A stretch of 64,000 nt of DNA from an uncultured Acidimicrobiales bacterium (lineage in GTDB: Bacteria > Actinomycetota > Acidimicrobiia > Acidimicrobiales > SHLQ01): assembly GCA_937922235.1 (NCBI GenBank), contig CAKZVC010000033.1:7274-71273 (forward strand), in the 5' to 3' direction. The position numbers and the translations under genes are program-made. Of the stretch, positions 28,993 to 37,705 are shown piece after piece. The notes beneath the pieces are model-generated. The model saw only the letters and a list, made by a program, of their open reading frames with translations, was not told the DNA's origin and made no database searches. Position 1 is the first letter of the stretch. Each line of letters starts with the position of its first letter.

Positions 28993-31017
28993 TTAGCTGG
29001 TGCGATTTAGCTCGGGGAACAGCCCGTGAAGTTCGGTGGCGAGCGGGGTGACGAGAGCTGACGAGAAGGTGCGCGTGAGGTGATGGCGATCGCGACGAAC
29101 GATCATGTCGTCGATGACCGCCGGACAATGGGTCTCATTGCACAAGAACCTCGTCATGTCGATGACTGGGAGCTCTGCTGCGTGTGCCGCGTCGATGAGC
29201 ACATCGGCGCCAACGAATGCCTCAGCGACCGGCGTGGCACACGACGAGAGGTCGATGATTGCGGGCGCAGCGCAGTCGACGCCGATGACCTTCCCCCGTG
29301 GGGTCGGCGAGATGATCGCAGCCTTGCTCGGTAGCGCAGCCAGCTGACGGAACACACCGGTGTAGCCGCTCGTGGGGTCGTCTGCTTCTTCCCGAAACGC
29401 GGTCGGCATCGTGAGGACAAGGTCAACATCGTGGGTTCGAACAACATCCTCGAGCTCTCGAAGCGTGTTACTTGCCCACTCTTCGCATCGATCAGGCCCC
29501 GCAAGTCCGGCCGGGAGGCGACATGTCGACCGAATGTTCGTGAGAAGATGCCAGCGCTCTTGGTCGGCGAGCCGTTCAAGCGCGGGGGTCCAATGGGCCG
29601 CATGAGAGTTGCCAATCACAAGCACCACGGTCTCGCTTGTCAGGTCACCGAACGAGCACAACGGACGTGGGCCATCGGTTCGATTGGCGACGCAGCCTCG
29701 GTCGTACACATCGGGTAGATCCCGACGCAGGTGGACAAACGATGGCGTCAACTCGTCGGCCCGGAGCTGCACGCCCAGAACTTCCGTCTCGATTGTCTCG
29801 ATTGCTGTTGAGGTTGGGGCTGCGCCTCCGCTGCCCGTTGTTGTCCCCAACAACACCGCACCAAATCCGAACCCGACAGCGGCTGTCGCCCCGGTGAGGG
29901 CAAGGCCTCGAATCGGACGGGACACGAGAAAGTCGGCACGGCGAGTCGGTTGTTCAATCCACCGGTAGGACGCCATCGATGGGACAACCGACGCTGCGAC
30001 GACACCCACGCGAGCCCACACCGGCAACGGGCCAAGGACGGCGACCGCAAGCCAGAGCACAGGCCAATGCCAGAGGTAGATCGAATACGAGCGAGCACCA
30101 ATCCACTGCATGGGTGCCGCCTCAGATAACCGGACGAGGACCGAGCCCGTCGCATGGGGCGCAGCGAGCAGAACTGCGACCGTGCCGATCGTGGGGGCCA
30201 ACGCTGCGAACCCTGGGAACTGCGTCGACGAATCGAACAGAAGCACGCTCGCGACAATGGACGCGAACCCACCGTAAAGAATGCGCTTCGCAATCCATGG
30301 CGGGCCAGCGTCAAGACGGGTAGATACCGTTGTCGCTGCGAGGGCAGCGACACCCCCGAGCGAGAGTTCCCACACCCGAGTGGTCGTGACGAAATACGCC
30401 TGATCGGGAGCAGTGCTGACCATTCGAACACCAACGATGAACGATGCGGCCGTCACCACAATGGCCATGAGCGCGACCGCACGTTTCGATGATCGGGCGA
30501 GTGCGGCTGCCGCCAGGACGAGGATGGGCCAGGCCGCGTAAAATTGTTCTTCGACGCTCAGCGACCAGAAGTGCTGCACGGGCGAGGCCAGTTCGGACCC
30601 GCCGTGGTAATCGATGGACCGTTCGGCGAATAGCCAGTTCACGATGTACAGCGCCGAACGTTGGATGTCCCACGAGATCGACTGGCCGTATAGCTGTGGT
30701 GCAGCGATACCTGGGGCCCATCGGGGGACGATGAACACGATGCTGCTGATACACGTGAGCACCGCGAACGATGCGGGCAGAAGCCGTCGGGCCCGCTTGG
30801 CATAGAACCGCAACAGCCGAATCGAGCCGGTGTCCTCATACTCACGGACGAGGGCCGAGGTGATCAGAAATCCCGAGATGACGAAGAAGACATCGACTCC
30901 GACGTAGCCACCTGCGAAACCGGCGAGCCCGGCGTGGTAGAGCACGACGAGCACCACAGCAACCGCTCGAAGGCCTTCGATATCAAGGCGAAAGTGCGCG
31001 GTAGGTCGTTGATCCAC
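28993..31017 (-). CDS. acyltransferase-3 / SGNH fusion (OafA/OatA-like O-acetyltransferase)
   Basis: FRLDIEGLRAVAV, GVDVFFVISGFLIT, HFWSLSVEEQFY, GNSHA, DRHHLT. Confidence 0.9.
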   Translation of the reverse strand: MDQRPTAHFRLDIEGLRAVAVVLVVLYHAGLAGFAGGYVGVDVFFVISGFLITSALVREYEDTGSIRLLRFYAKRARRLLPASFAVLTCISSIVFIVPRWAPGIAAPQLYGQSISWDIQRSALYIVNWLFAERSIDYHGGSELASPVQHFWSLSVEEQFYAAWPILVLAAAALARSSKRAVALMAIVVTAASFIVGVRMVSTAPDQAYFVTTTRVWELSLGGVAALAATTVSTRLDAGPPWIAKRILYGGFASIVASVLLFDSSTQFPGFAALAPTIGTVAVLLAAPHATGSVLVRLSEAAPMQWIGARSYSIYLWHWPVLWLAVAVLGPLPVWARVGVVAASVVPSMASYRWIEQPTRRADFLVSRPIRGLALTGATAAVGFGFGAVLLGTTTGSGGAAPTSTAIETIETEVLGVQLRADELTPSFVHLRRDLPDVYDRGCVANRTDGPRPLCSFGDLTSETVVLVIGNSHAAHWTPALERLADQERWHLLTNIRSTCRLPAGLAGPDRCEEWASNTLRELEDVVRTHDVDLVLTMPTAFREEADDPTSGYTGVFRQLAALPSKAAIISPTPRGKVIGVDCAAPAIIDLSSCATPVAEAFVGADVLIDAAHAAELPVIDMTRFLCNETHCPAVIDDMIVRRDRHHLTRTFSSALVTPLATELHGLFPELNRTS

Positions 31018-31108
31018 CTAGGCCTATCGGCCTATACGTCCGCACGATGAGCACCCCACTTTGGGGTATTCGTGCAACTTTTTGGCTGCTCGGGCGTCAT
31101 TACGTGAC

Positions 31109-31270
31109 GTGAACGCAATACCTGACCAGAAAGAAACATCAATCTCTTTGTCCACCGGACAGACCGTGAAGGTCACCCTGTGGATCGCCCTGGCTCTGGT
31201 ACTCGCCGTCGTTCTCGCCATGGCCCTCGCCACCCCAGTAATGACCGCCTTCGGCATGGCACCCCTCTAA
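31109..31270 (+). CDS. small single-TM membrane protein
   Basis: 53 aa with strongly hydrophobic VTLWIALALVLAVVLAMALA. Confidence 0.5.
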   Translation: MNAIPDQKETSISLSTGQTVKVTLWIALALVLAVVLAMALATPVMTAFGMAPL

Positions 31271-31372
31271 ATCGCGCGGCTTTCGGGGTCAGACCCTCCC
31301 GGTCATCGCGCGGCTTTCGGGGTCAGACCCTCCCGGTCATCGCGCGGCTTTCGGGGTCAGACCCTCCAGGTG
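31271..31372 (+). repeat. 3 tandem copies of a 34-bp unit ATCGCGCGGCTTTCGGGGTCAGACCCTCCCGGTC
   Basis: Units start at 31271, 31305 and 31339; no spacers; fourth copy at 31500-31533. Confidence 0.9.
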
Positions 31373-31379
31373 ACTATTT

Positions 31380-31571
31380 CGCTCGGACTTCCGCCGAGAT
31401 CCGCGGTTGCCTACATGGTCGCTACGCGAGCTCCGCTCCCCATTTGGGCTTGAGGAAGGCGATGTTTGAAGCGTCAGCGGCAAACTCGAGTTCGCGGTCA
31501 TCGCGCGGCTTTCGGGGTCAGACCCTCCCGGTCATCGGAAGCGCAAACGGAGAGCGGAGCTCGCGTAGCGA
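31380..31571. repeat. REP-like family A copy 2 plus inverted partial copy flanking the fourth 34-bp unit
   Basis: 31380-31434 matches 16382-16436; 31552-31571 is the reverse complement of 31419-31438. Confidence 0.75.
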
Positions 31572-31614
31572 ACTTCGGAAGCGAAGTGGGGTCTCGACCG
31601 GAAGTGTCGAGGTG

Positions 31615-32202
31615 TTAAGGCACCAGAGCTACGTGGAGAAAGCGGAGAAGCTCTTGGCGTCGTTCGGCGAGCGATCGAAGGCTTGGCTCGACTCCCATGG
31701 CGCGGAGCACTTCGACTTCGGTGGCTACGCCCATGATCGTTGAGTAGAGCGAGAAGAGGAGGAGTCGGGCGTCGTCGCCACGGACTCGGCCTTCTTTGAG
31801 GGCGATCTCGAGCGAGTGCTGTGCGGCGTCGATGTGGTTGGCCAGTCGTGATGACAGCTGCACTGCGACCATCGATCCGGGGCGTGACGCCTCGCGGAGT
31901 AGACCTAGCAGTGCTGGACGTTGAACCGCGAGGCGAAACACCACGCGGACCGTTCCTTCGACTTGGGCCCACACGTCGTTCGGATCGACGCGTTCGACCA
32001 CCTGGTCGAGCTCGGCGATGAACTGGTTGGCTGCTTCATCGAGCACGGCTTCGAAGAGCGCTTGTTTCGACTTGAAGTAGTAGAGAATCGACTGTTTACG
32101 TAAGCCGAGTTCGCGGGCGAGGGCGTCGAGCGAGGTGCCATCGACGCCGGTAGTGCCGAAGGAATCCAGCGCCGTATCGAGAATCCGCTGCTGCGTGCTC
32201 AC
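31615..32202 (-). CDS. TetR/AcrR family regulator
   Basis: RILDTALDSF..G..GTSLDALARELGLRKQSILYYFKSK HTH; divergent from the lipid operon. Confidence 0.9.
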   Translation of the reverse strand: MSTQQRILDTALDSFGTTGVDGTSLDALARELGLRKQSILYYFKSKQALFEAVLDEAANQFIAELDQVVERVDPNDVWAQVEGTVRVVFRLAVQRPALLGLLREASRPGSMVAVQLSSRLANHIDAAQHSLEIALKEGRVRGDDARLLLFSLYSTIMGVATEVEVLRAMGVEPSLRSLAERRQELLRFLHVALVP

Positions 32203-32277
32203 GTCCCGACAATAACCAGAAACCGGATCTCTCTACCAATTGGTAGAAAGCGGGCGAATGCTGCTAGAACAAGAGGC

Positions 32278-34662
32278 GTGATCAGCGAGAGTCTTGCGGG
32301 AAAACGAATCGCCGTGACCGGATCGACCGGCTTCTTGGGCACAGCGCTCATCGAACGCCTCGTTCGTTCGGTCCCCGACTGCGAACTCATCTTGTTGGTA
32401 CGCCCTGGACGACGGGGCGCCCAAGCTCGCGTCACGCGAGACGTCCTCAAGAACGACGCCTTCAACGGCCTGCGCAATGAGCTTGGCAAGGACGCGTTTG
32501 CCGAGCTGTGCGAACGTCGGGTTACCGCCGTGGCGGGCGATGTCGGAACCGATGGGCTTGGGCTCTCCGACGACGACCTCAAGCTCTGGCTTAGCGCCGA
32601 TGTGATCATCCACTCCGCAGCGACGGTGTCGTTCGACTCGCCGCTCGATACCGCCGTCGAGGTCAACCTGCTCGGCCCCCAGCGCATTGCGAACCTGTGC
32701 AATGCACACGGCGTCACCCCTCACCTTGTTGCGGTGTCGACGTGTTACGTGGCCGGCAGCCGCCGCGGCTCCGCCCCCGAACAGCTCGTCGACGAAAGCC
32801 CATACTTCGTCGACGTGAACTGGCGACGCGAGGTCGAAGCGGCGCGCCGCAGCCGCCTCGACGAAGAGACGGCAAGCCGTCAACCCGCTCGCCTCACCCA
32901 GTTCCGAGCCGAAGCACAGCGCGAACTCGGCGCTGTCGGAACCCCAGCACTCGCGGCGAAGACCGAGACGATTCGCCAAGCGTGGGTCACGACCCAAATG
33001 GTCGAGAACGGTCGAGCTCGCGCCTCGTCGCTTGGTTTCCCCGACGCCTACGCCTACACCAAAGCCCTCGGTGAGCTCGCCGTGGTCGAGACCCGCGGCG
33101 ACGTGCCGATTTCGATCGTGCGTCCGTCGATCATCGAGTCCGCATGGTCCGAACCAGTCGCCGGTTGGATTCGCGGATTCCGCATGGCCGAGCCGGTCAT
33201 CATCTCCTACGCACGCGGGCTGCTCAGCGAGTTCCCCGGCGTCCCCGAAGGTGTCGTCGACGTCATCCCAGTCGACATGGTGGTCGCCGCAATTATCGCC
33301 GTCGCCGCCCGCGGCCCCAAGGACGACGGCCCCGATGTCACCCAGGTCGCGTCGGGCAGCGCCAACCCGCTCCGCTACAAGAACCTCGTCGACTACGCCG
33401 AAGACTGGTTCACACGCAACCCGATCTACGACGAGCTCGGTCAGCCAATCGCTGTTGCGGCATGGCAGTTCCCCGGTCGCGGCCGAGTTGAACGTCAGCT
33501 GGTACGGGCCCGTACCAGCCTTGAACGAGCCGATCAGGTGCTCGAGAAGCTGCCGCTTCGTGGCCGCACCGCCGAGTACGCCATGCAGCTCCAGGCTCGC
33601 AAGGAACTCCTCGACCAGGCGTCGGGCTACGTCGAGCTGTACGGCGCATACGCCGAGTGCGAGGCCTTGTATGGCCTCGACAACTTGCTCGGCCTTTGGG
33701 ACGAGCTCACCCCTGAGGACCAAGCAGCATTCGGCTTCGACCCGCGAGTCATCGACTGGAAGCATTACGTCCAGAACGTGCACCTTCCTTCGGTCGTGCG
33801 CCAGGCTCGCGCGAAGACCACGCCCGGCAAGAAGACCGGCCCAACTCGAAGCACGCGCCTCCGAGCGCAGGTGCTGTCCCCAGACCGCCAACTGGCCGTC
33901 TTCGATCTCGAGAACACGATCATCGCATCGAACGTCGTCACCTCGTTTGCCTGGCTCGCAACTCGCAACCTCTCCCCCAGTGAGCGAATGGTGTTTGCGG
34001 CAAAGGCCTTGTCGCAAGGCCCGGGATGGCTGGCGCTCGACCGCAAAGACCGCAGCGATTTCCTGCGCAGCTTCTACCGCAACTACCGCGGTGCCACCAC
34101 GGCTCAGATCGAAACCGACGCCCAAGAGCTCCTCAGCGACTATCTGCTGTCGAAGTCGTTCCCGGCAGCGATTCGTCGCGTGCGTGAGCACCGGGCGCTC
34201 GGTCATCGCACGTTGTTGATCACTGGAGCGCTCGACTTCGTGATCGAACCGCTCCGCCCGCTGTTCGACGACGTCATTTCTGCCGAAATGAGCCAGGTGA
34301 ACGGCCGCTACACCGGCGGCATGCGATCGGTTCCGCCAACGGCTGAGAACCGCTACCAGGCCCTCGCCGACTTTGCCGAAGCCCACAGTATCGATCTCCG
34401 TGAAGCCGTCGCCTACGCCGACTCCTCGAGCGATCTTCCGATGCTCGAAGCGGTCGGCTTCCCGGTTGCGGTAAACCCCGAAACCAAACTGGCCGCCATT
34501 GCCCGCAAGCGCGGCTGGCTTGTCGAAGACTTCCAGAAGCAGTCTGGCGCTCCCGCCCGACGACTTCCCATTGCGCCTCGAACAGGCGCCCGATCAGAAC
34601 CACTGCTGAGCTCGATGATGAATCGCGGCTCGGGTCTCGCCAAGGAGAAGACTCGCCGATGA
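32278..34662 (+). CDS. fatty acyl-CoA reductase-like (NAD_binding_4/Sterile) domain fused to HAD-IB hydrolase
   Basis: TGSTGFLG, YAYTKALGE, IVRPSII, DVIPVD; C-terminal VFDLENTII and YADSSSDLPML..VNP. Confidence 0.85.
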   Translation: MISESLAGKRIAVTGSTGFLGTALIERLVRSVPDCELILLVRPGRRGAQARVTRDVLKNDAFNGLRNELGKDAFAELCERRVTAVAGDVGTDGLGLSDDDLKLWLSADVIIHSAATVSFDSPLDTAVEVNLLGPQRIANLCNAHGVTPHLVAVSTCYVAGSRRGSAPEQLVDESPYFVDVNWRREVEAARRSRLDEETASRQPARLTQFRAEAQRELGAVGTPALAAKTETIRQAWVTTQMVENGRARASSLGFPDAYAYTKALGELAVVETRGDVPISIVRPSIIESAWSEPVAGWIRGFRMAEPVIISYARGLLSEFPGVPEGVVDVIPVDMVVAAIIAVAARGPKDDGPDVTQVASGSANPLRYKNLVDYAEDWFTRNPIYDELGQPIAVAAWQFPGRGRVERQLVRARTSLERADQVLEKLPLRGRTAEYAMQLQARKELLDQASGYVELYGAYAECEALYGLDNLLGLWDELTPEDQAAFGFDPRVIDWKHYVQNVHLPSVVRQARAKTTPGKKTGPTRSTRLRAQVLSPDRQLAVFDLENTIIASNVVTSFAWLATRNLSPSERMVFAAKALSQGPGWLALDRKDRSDFLRSFYRNYRGATTAQIETDAQELLSDYLLSKSFPAAIRRVREHRALGHRTLLITGALDFVIEPLRPLFDDVISAEMSQVNGRYTGGMRSVPPTAENRYQALADFAEAHSIDLREAVAYADSSSDLPMLEAVGFPVAVNPETKLAAIARKRGWLVEDFQKQSGAPARRLPIAPRTGARSEPLLSSMMNRGSGLAKEKTRR

Positions 34663-36266
34663 GCCCTCGTAAAGCTCCACGTCCAGGCCTCGTGCTAGAC
34701 GTAGATGCCTCCACCCCACCCGTCTTGTTCCACCACGGTGAGAACTTCCGGATGGAGAAGCTGCCGGTTGGCCGGTCGCGCATCATCTACCCAGCCGAGC
34801 CACTGCGCGGCCTTGAAGATCCCGATCAGGCCATCCGTGATGCGCTCGACAACCCGATCGACTCCGAGCCGCTCAAGGCGCTTATGTCCCCCGACATGAA
34901 GCTCACGATCGCGTTCGACGACATCAGCTTGCCACTGCCTCCCATGCGCAAGCCCGACATCCGCCAACGCGTCATCGAAGCTGTGCTCGATATCGCCGCT
35001 GAGGTCGGCGTCGACGACGTACACATCATCGCGGCACTTGCGCTCCACCGCCGGATGACCGAGGACGAGCTACGCCACGCGGTCGGCGACCGGGTCTACG
35101 ACGCCTTCGCGCCAAGCGGCCGCCTCTACAACCACGACGCCGAAGACCCCGACGGCATGACGCACTTGGGCAAGACCGAGCACGGCGAAGAGGTGCAGAT
35201 CTCCAAGCGTGCAGTCGACAGCGACCTGACCGTCTACGTCAACATCAACCTCGTGTCGATGGATGGCGGCCATAAGAGCACCGCAACCGGGCTCTCGGGT
35301 TACACGGCGCTGCGCCATCATCACAACGTCGACACGATGCAGAAGTCGAAGTCGTTCATGGATCCGCCGAACTCCGAGCTCCATACGAAGAACTGGCGCC
35401 AGGGTGACGTCATCCGCAGTGCTGGCGTGAAGATCTTCCAGATCGAGACGACCATCAACAACAACACGTTCGGCGAAACCGGCCCTCTCTCGATGCTGCA
35501 GAAGCGTGAGTGGGAATGGACCGGGCGAGACCGGGCCAAGTTCCTCGCCATGCAGGGCGGGCTCAACTACATGACGCCGTCCGCTCGGCGCAAGGTGTTC
35601 CACAACTGGAAGGCTCCGTACGAGCTGACCTCAGTCCAAGCCGGCGAGATCGAAGCCGTACACAAGGTCACCACCGAAAACACCTTTGCCCAGCACCTCG
35701 TGCCGGTCGAGGGGCAGACCGACATCATGACGATGGGCTTGCCGTACATCAGCCCGTACAACGTCAACTCGGTCATGAACCCGATCCTGGTGGCGGTCCT
35801 CGGGCTCGGCTACTTCTTCAACCTGTACCGCGGCAAGCCGCTGGTCCGCGAGGGTGGCGTTCTCATCATGAGCCACCCAACACCGTGGGACTTCAACCCG
35901 GTCCACCACCCCAGCTACATCGACTTCTTCGAGCAGGTGCTCGCCGAGACGACCGATCCTCACGAGATCGAGCGCAAGTACGAAAAGCAGTACGCAGAAG
36001 ACGAGTGGTACCGCCACCTGTATCGCACCAGTTACGCCTACCACGGCGTCCACCCGTTCTACATGTGGTACTGGTGCAGCCACGCGCTGCAGCATCTTGG
36101 CCAGGTCATCATTGTCGGCGGCGACCCGAAGGCCGTTCGTCGTCTCGGGTTCCGACCCGCATCAACGCTCCAGGATGCACTTGAGATGGCCACGGACACC
36201 GTCGGGCCGCAGCCGACGATCACCCACTACCACAACCCGCCAATGCTGATGGCGGACGTGAAGTAG
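34659..36266 (+). CDS. lactate racemase (LarA/DUF2088)-like domain protein
   Basis: ALDNPIDSEPL, TIAFDDIS, ALALHRRMT, NHDAED, DGGHKS typical of the LarA N-domain. Confidence 0.75.
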   Translation: MSPRKAPRPGLVLDVDASTPPVLFHHGENFRMEKLPVGRSRIIYPAEPLRGLEDPDQAIRDALDNPIDSEPLKALMSPDMKLTIAFDDISLPLPPMRKPDIRQRVIEAVLDIAAEVGVDDVHIIAALALHRRMTEDELRHAVGDRVYDAFAPSGRLYNHDAEDPDGMTHLGKTEHGEEVQISKRAVDSDLTVYVNINLVSMDGGHKSTATGLSGYTALRHHHNVDTMQKSKSFMDPPNSELHTKNWRQGDVIRSAGVKIFQIETTINNNTFGETGPLSMLQKREWEWTGRDRAKFLAMQGGLNYMTPSARRKVFHNWKAPYELTSVQAGEIEAVHKVTTENTFAQHLVPVEGQTDIMTMGLPYISPYNVNSVMNPILVAVLGLGYFFNLYRGKPLVREGGVLIMSHPTPWDFNPVHHPSYIDFFEQVLAETTDPHEIERKYEKQYAEDEWYRHLYRTSYAYHGVHPFYMWYWCSHALQHLGQVIIVGGDPKAVRRLGFRPASTLQDALEMATDTVGPQPTITHYHNPPMLMADVK

Positions 36267-36271
36267 GCGAG

Positions 36272-37252
36272 ATGACTGCTGTATCGAACTACCGAGCAAA
36301 GATGTCTCAGCGTCTTGCCGGCACCGAAGTTCCTCTCGTTGGCCGGCTTCGCCGACCGTTGCAAGCACTTCCGTTCCCGTACACGGCGCCATCGGTGCCG
36401 CAGTCTGTCGAGATCCCCGAAAAGCGCGGTGTGACTGGCACGGACTTCCCCACTGATTGGGCCCGCACCGAACCGGCTCGACGCACTCGGGCGGTGCTAA
36501 TCGATGGCGTTGTTCGCCCGGTGATGAGCGGACTAGCTCAGCCGACCCGCCGCGGCACCGACCGTTTGTCAGACCTCACCGGCCCCGCAGTGTTCGCGGC
36601 CAACCACCACAGCCACGTCGACACCCCACTGCTCCTGAGCTCGCTACCGACTCCCTGGCGCCACCGTGCTGTTGTCGGCGCCGCTGCTGATTACTTCTTT
36701 GGCACCCGAATCACCGGCACCCTTTCGGCGTTAGTCATCGGCGCCATTCCCATCGACAGGACGAAGATCAGTCGGACGTCCACCGACTTGGCGCGTGACC
36801 TGATCAGCGAGGGATGGTCACTCGTCGTGTTCCCTGAAGGCGGACGCAGCCCGGATGGCTGGGGTCAGCCGTTCCGCGGCGGGGCAGCCTTCATCGCCCA
36901 GCGCACCAACGTGCCAGTGGTCCCTGTCCACATCGAAGGCACGGGTCGGATTCTGCGCAAGGGCAAAAGCACCCCGACCCGCAGTCGCACGACAATCACC
37001 TTCGGTGAACCGCTGTACTGCCGCGACGACGAAGATGCACGAGCGTTCAACACTCGGATCGAAGCCCGAGTGGCCGAGCTCGCCGACGAAGCGATGACGA
37101 ACTGGTGGGATGCGCGCAAGCGTGCCCATGATCAGGGGACGCCATCGCTTACCGGCCCGCAGACCGCAAGCTGGCGACGAGTATGGGAACTCGATGCCGA
37201 CGGCCCAGAGCGACGCTCATCGAGGTCGACGTGGCCCAAGGGCAAGGCCTAA
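36272..37252 (+). CDS. PlsC-like lysophospholipid acyltransferase
   Basis: NHHSHVD (HxxxxD), GAAADYFF, VFPEGGRS. Confidence 0.88.
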   Translation: MTAVSNYRAKMSQRLAGTEVPLVGRLRRPLQALPFPYTAPSVPQSVEIPEKRGVTGTDFPTDWARTEPARRTRAVLIDGVVRPVMSGLAQPTRRGTDRLSDLTGPAVFAANHHSHVDTPLLLSSLPTPWRHRAVVGAAADYFFGTRITGTLSALVIGAIPIDRTKISRTSTDLARDLISEGWSLVVFPEGGRSPDGWGQPFRGGAAFIAQRTNVPVVPVHIEGTGRILRKGKSTPTRSRTTITFGEPLYCRDDEDARAFNTRIEARVAELADEAMTNWWDARKRAHDQGTPSLTGPQTASWRRVWELDADGPERRSSRSTWPKGKA

Positions 37253-37266
37253 TCACGCGGTTCTTC

Positions 37267-37290
37267 ATTTCGTTGACTTCTCAACGAAAT
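37267..37290 (+). terminator. hairpin after the lipid operon
   Basis: ATTTCGTTGA-CTTC-TCAACGAAAT perfect 10-bp stem. Confidence 0.55.
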
Positions 37291-37299
37291 TGACTCGCT

Positions 37300-37317
37300 G
37301 GGACCCATGTGGGACCC
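37300..37317. promoter_or_regulatory. GGGACC direct repeat with 11-bp period (candidate SARP/BTAD operator)
   Basis: GGGACCC-ATGT-GGGACCC; the same arrangement occurs at 40582-40598. Confidence 0.4.
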
Positions 37318-37334
37318 GGTATCAGTAGAACGAT

Positions 37335-37445
37335 GCACATGGACGGCGGTTCATGTCGCTCGGTGTGAGCGGCTGCTCTCCTTGGGCATCCAGGTATTGA
37401 AGTTCCTCAACAGACTTCCCTCTGCCTGGATGCCCAGGAGGGCAA
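37335..37445 (+). ncRNA. candidate structured small RNA
   Basis: Two short hairpins, then a ~20-bp stem (37374-37394 / 37425-37444) with a C/U-rich loop; no family recognised; strand inferred. Confidence 0.3.
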
Positions 37446-37477
37446 CACGGTCTCGACGCTGAGGGCACACCCATGTC

Positions 37478-37529
37478 GGATCTCTGCCCCTTTTCAGACC
37501 TGACAGGTCGGTTTTGGGGCAGAAATCTC
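37478..37529. repeat. REP-like hairpin, family C, copy 2
   Basis: TCTGCCCC-TTTTCAGACCTGACAGGTCGGTTTT-GGGGCAGA. Confidence 0.55.
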
Positions 37530-37705
37530 GTAGGCCGTTGCGCGGCGCTATTGAGCGATTATTGATCGCCAGTCTTTGCTAAATGCTATCCTCACTTCTG
37601 GGCATGTATTTTGGTAGACCCCAGCAGGTGATCCTGTTGTGGACTACAGCCGTTCGGGTTGCTCGAACTATTCTCACGACGGATGGGTAGAAAGACGGGA
37701 CACGC

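Noticed and set aside
31271-31533. 34-bp repeats as a CRISPR array
   Set aside because: Units are directly adjacent with no unique spacers, and there are no cas genes in the window
32233-34386. 717-aa antisense ORF and similar long shadow ORFs (2160..3368, 8269..9264, 13537..14727, 27092..28207)
   Set aside because: Mirror frames of real high-GC genes, with no recognisable motifs
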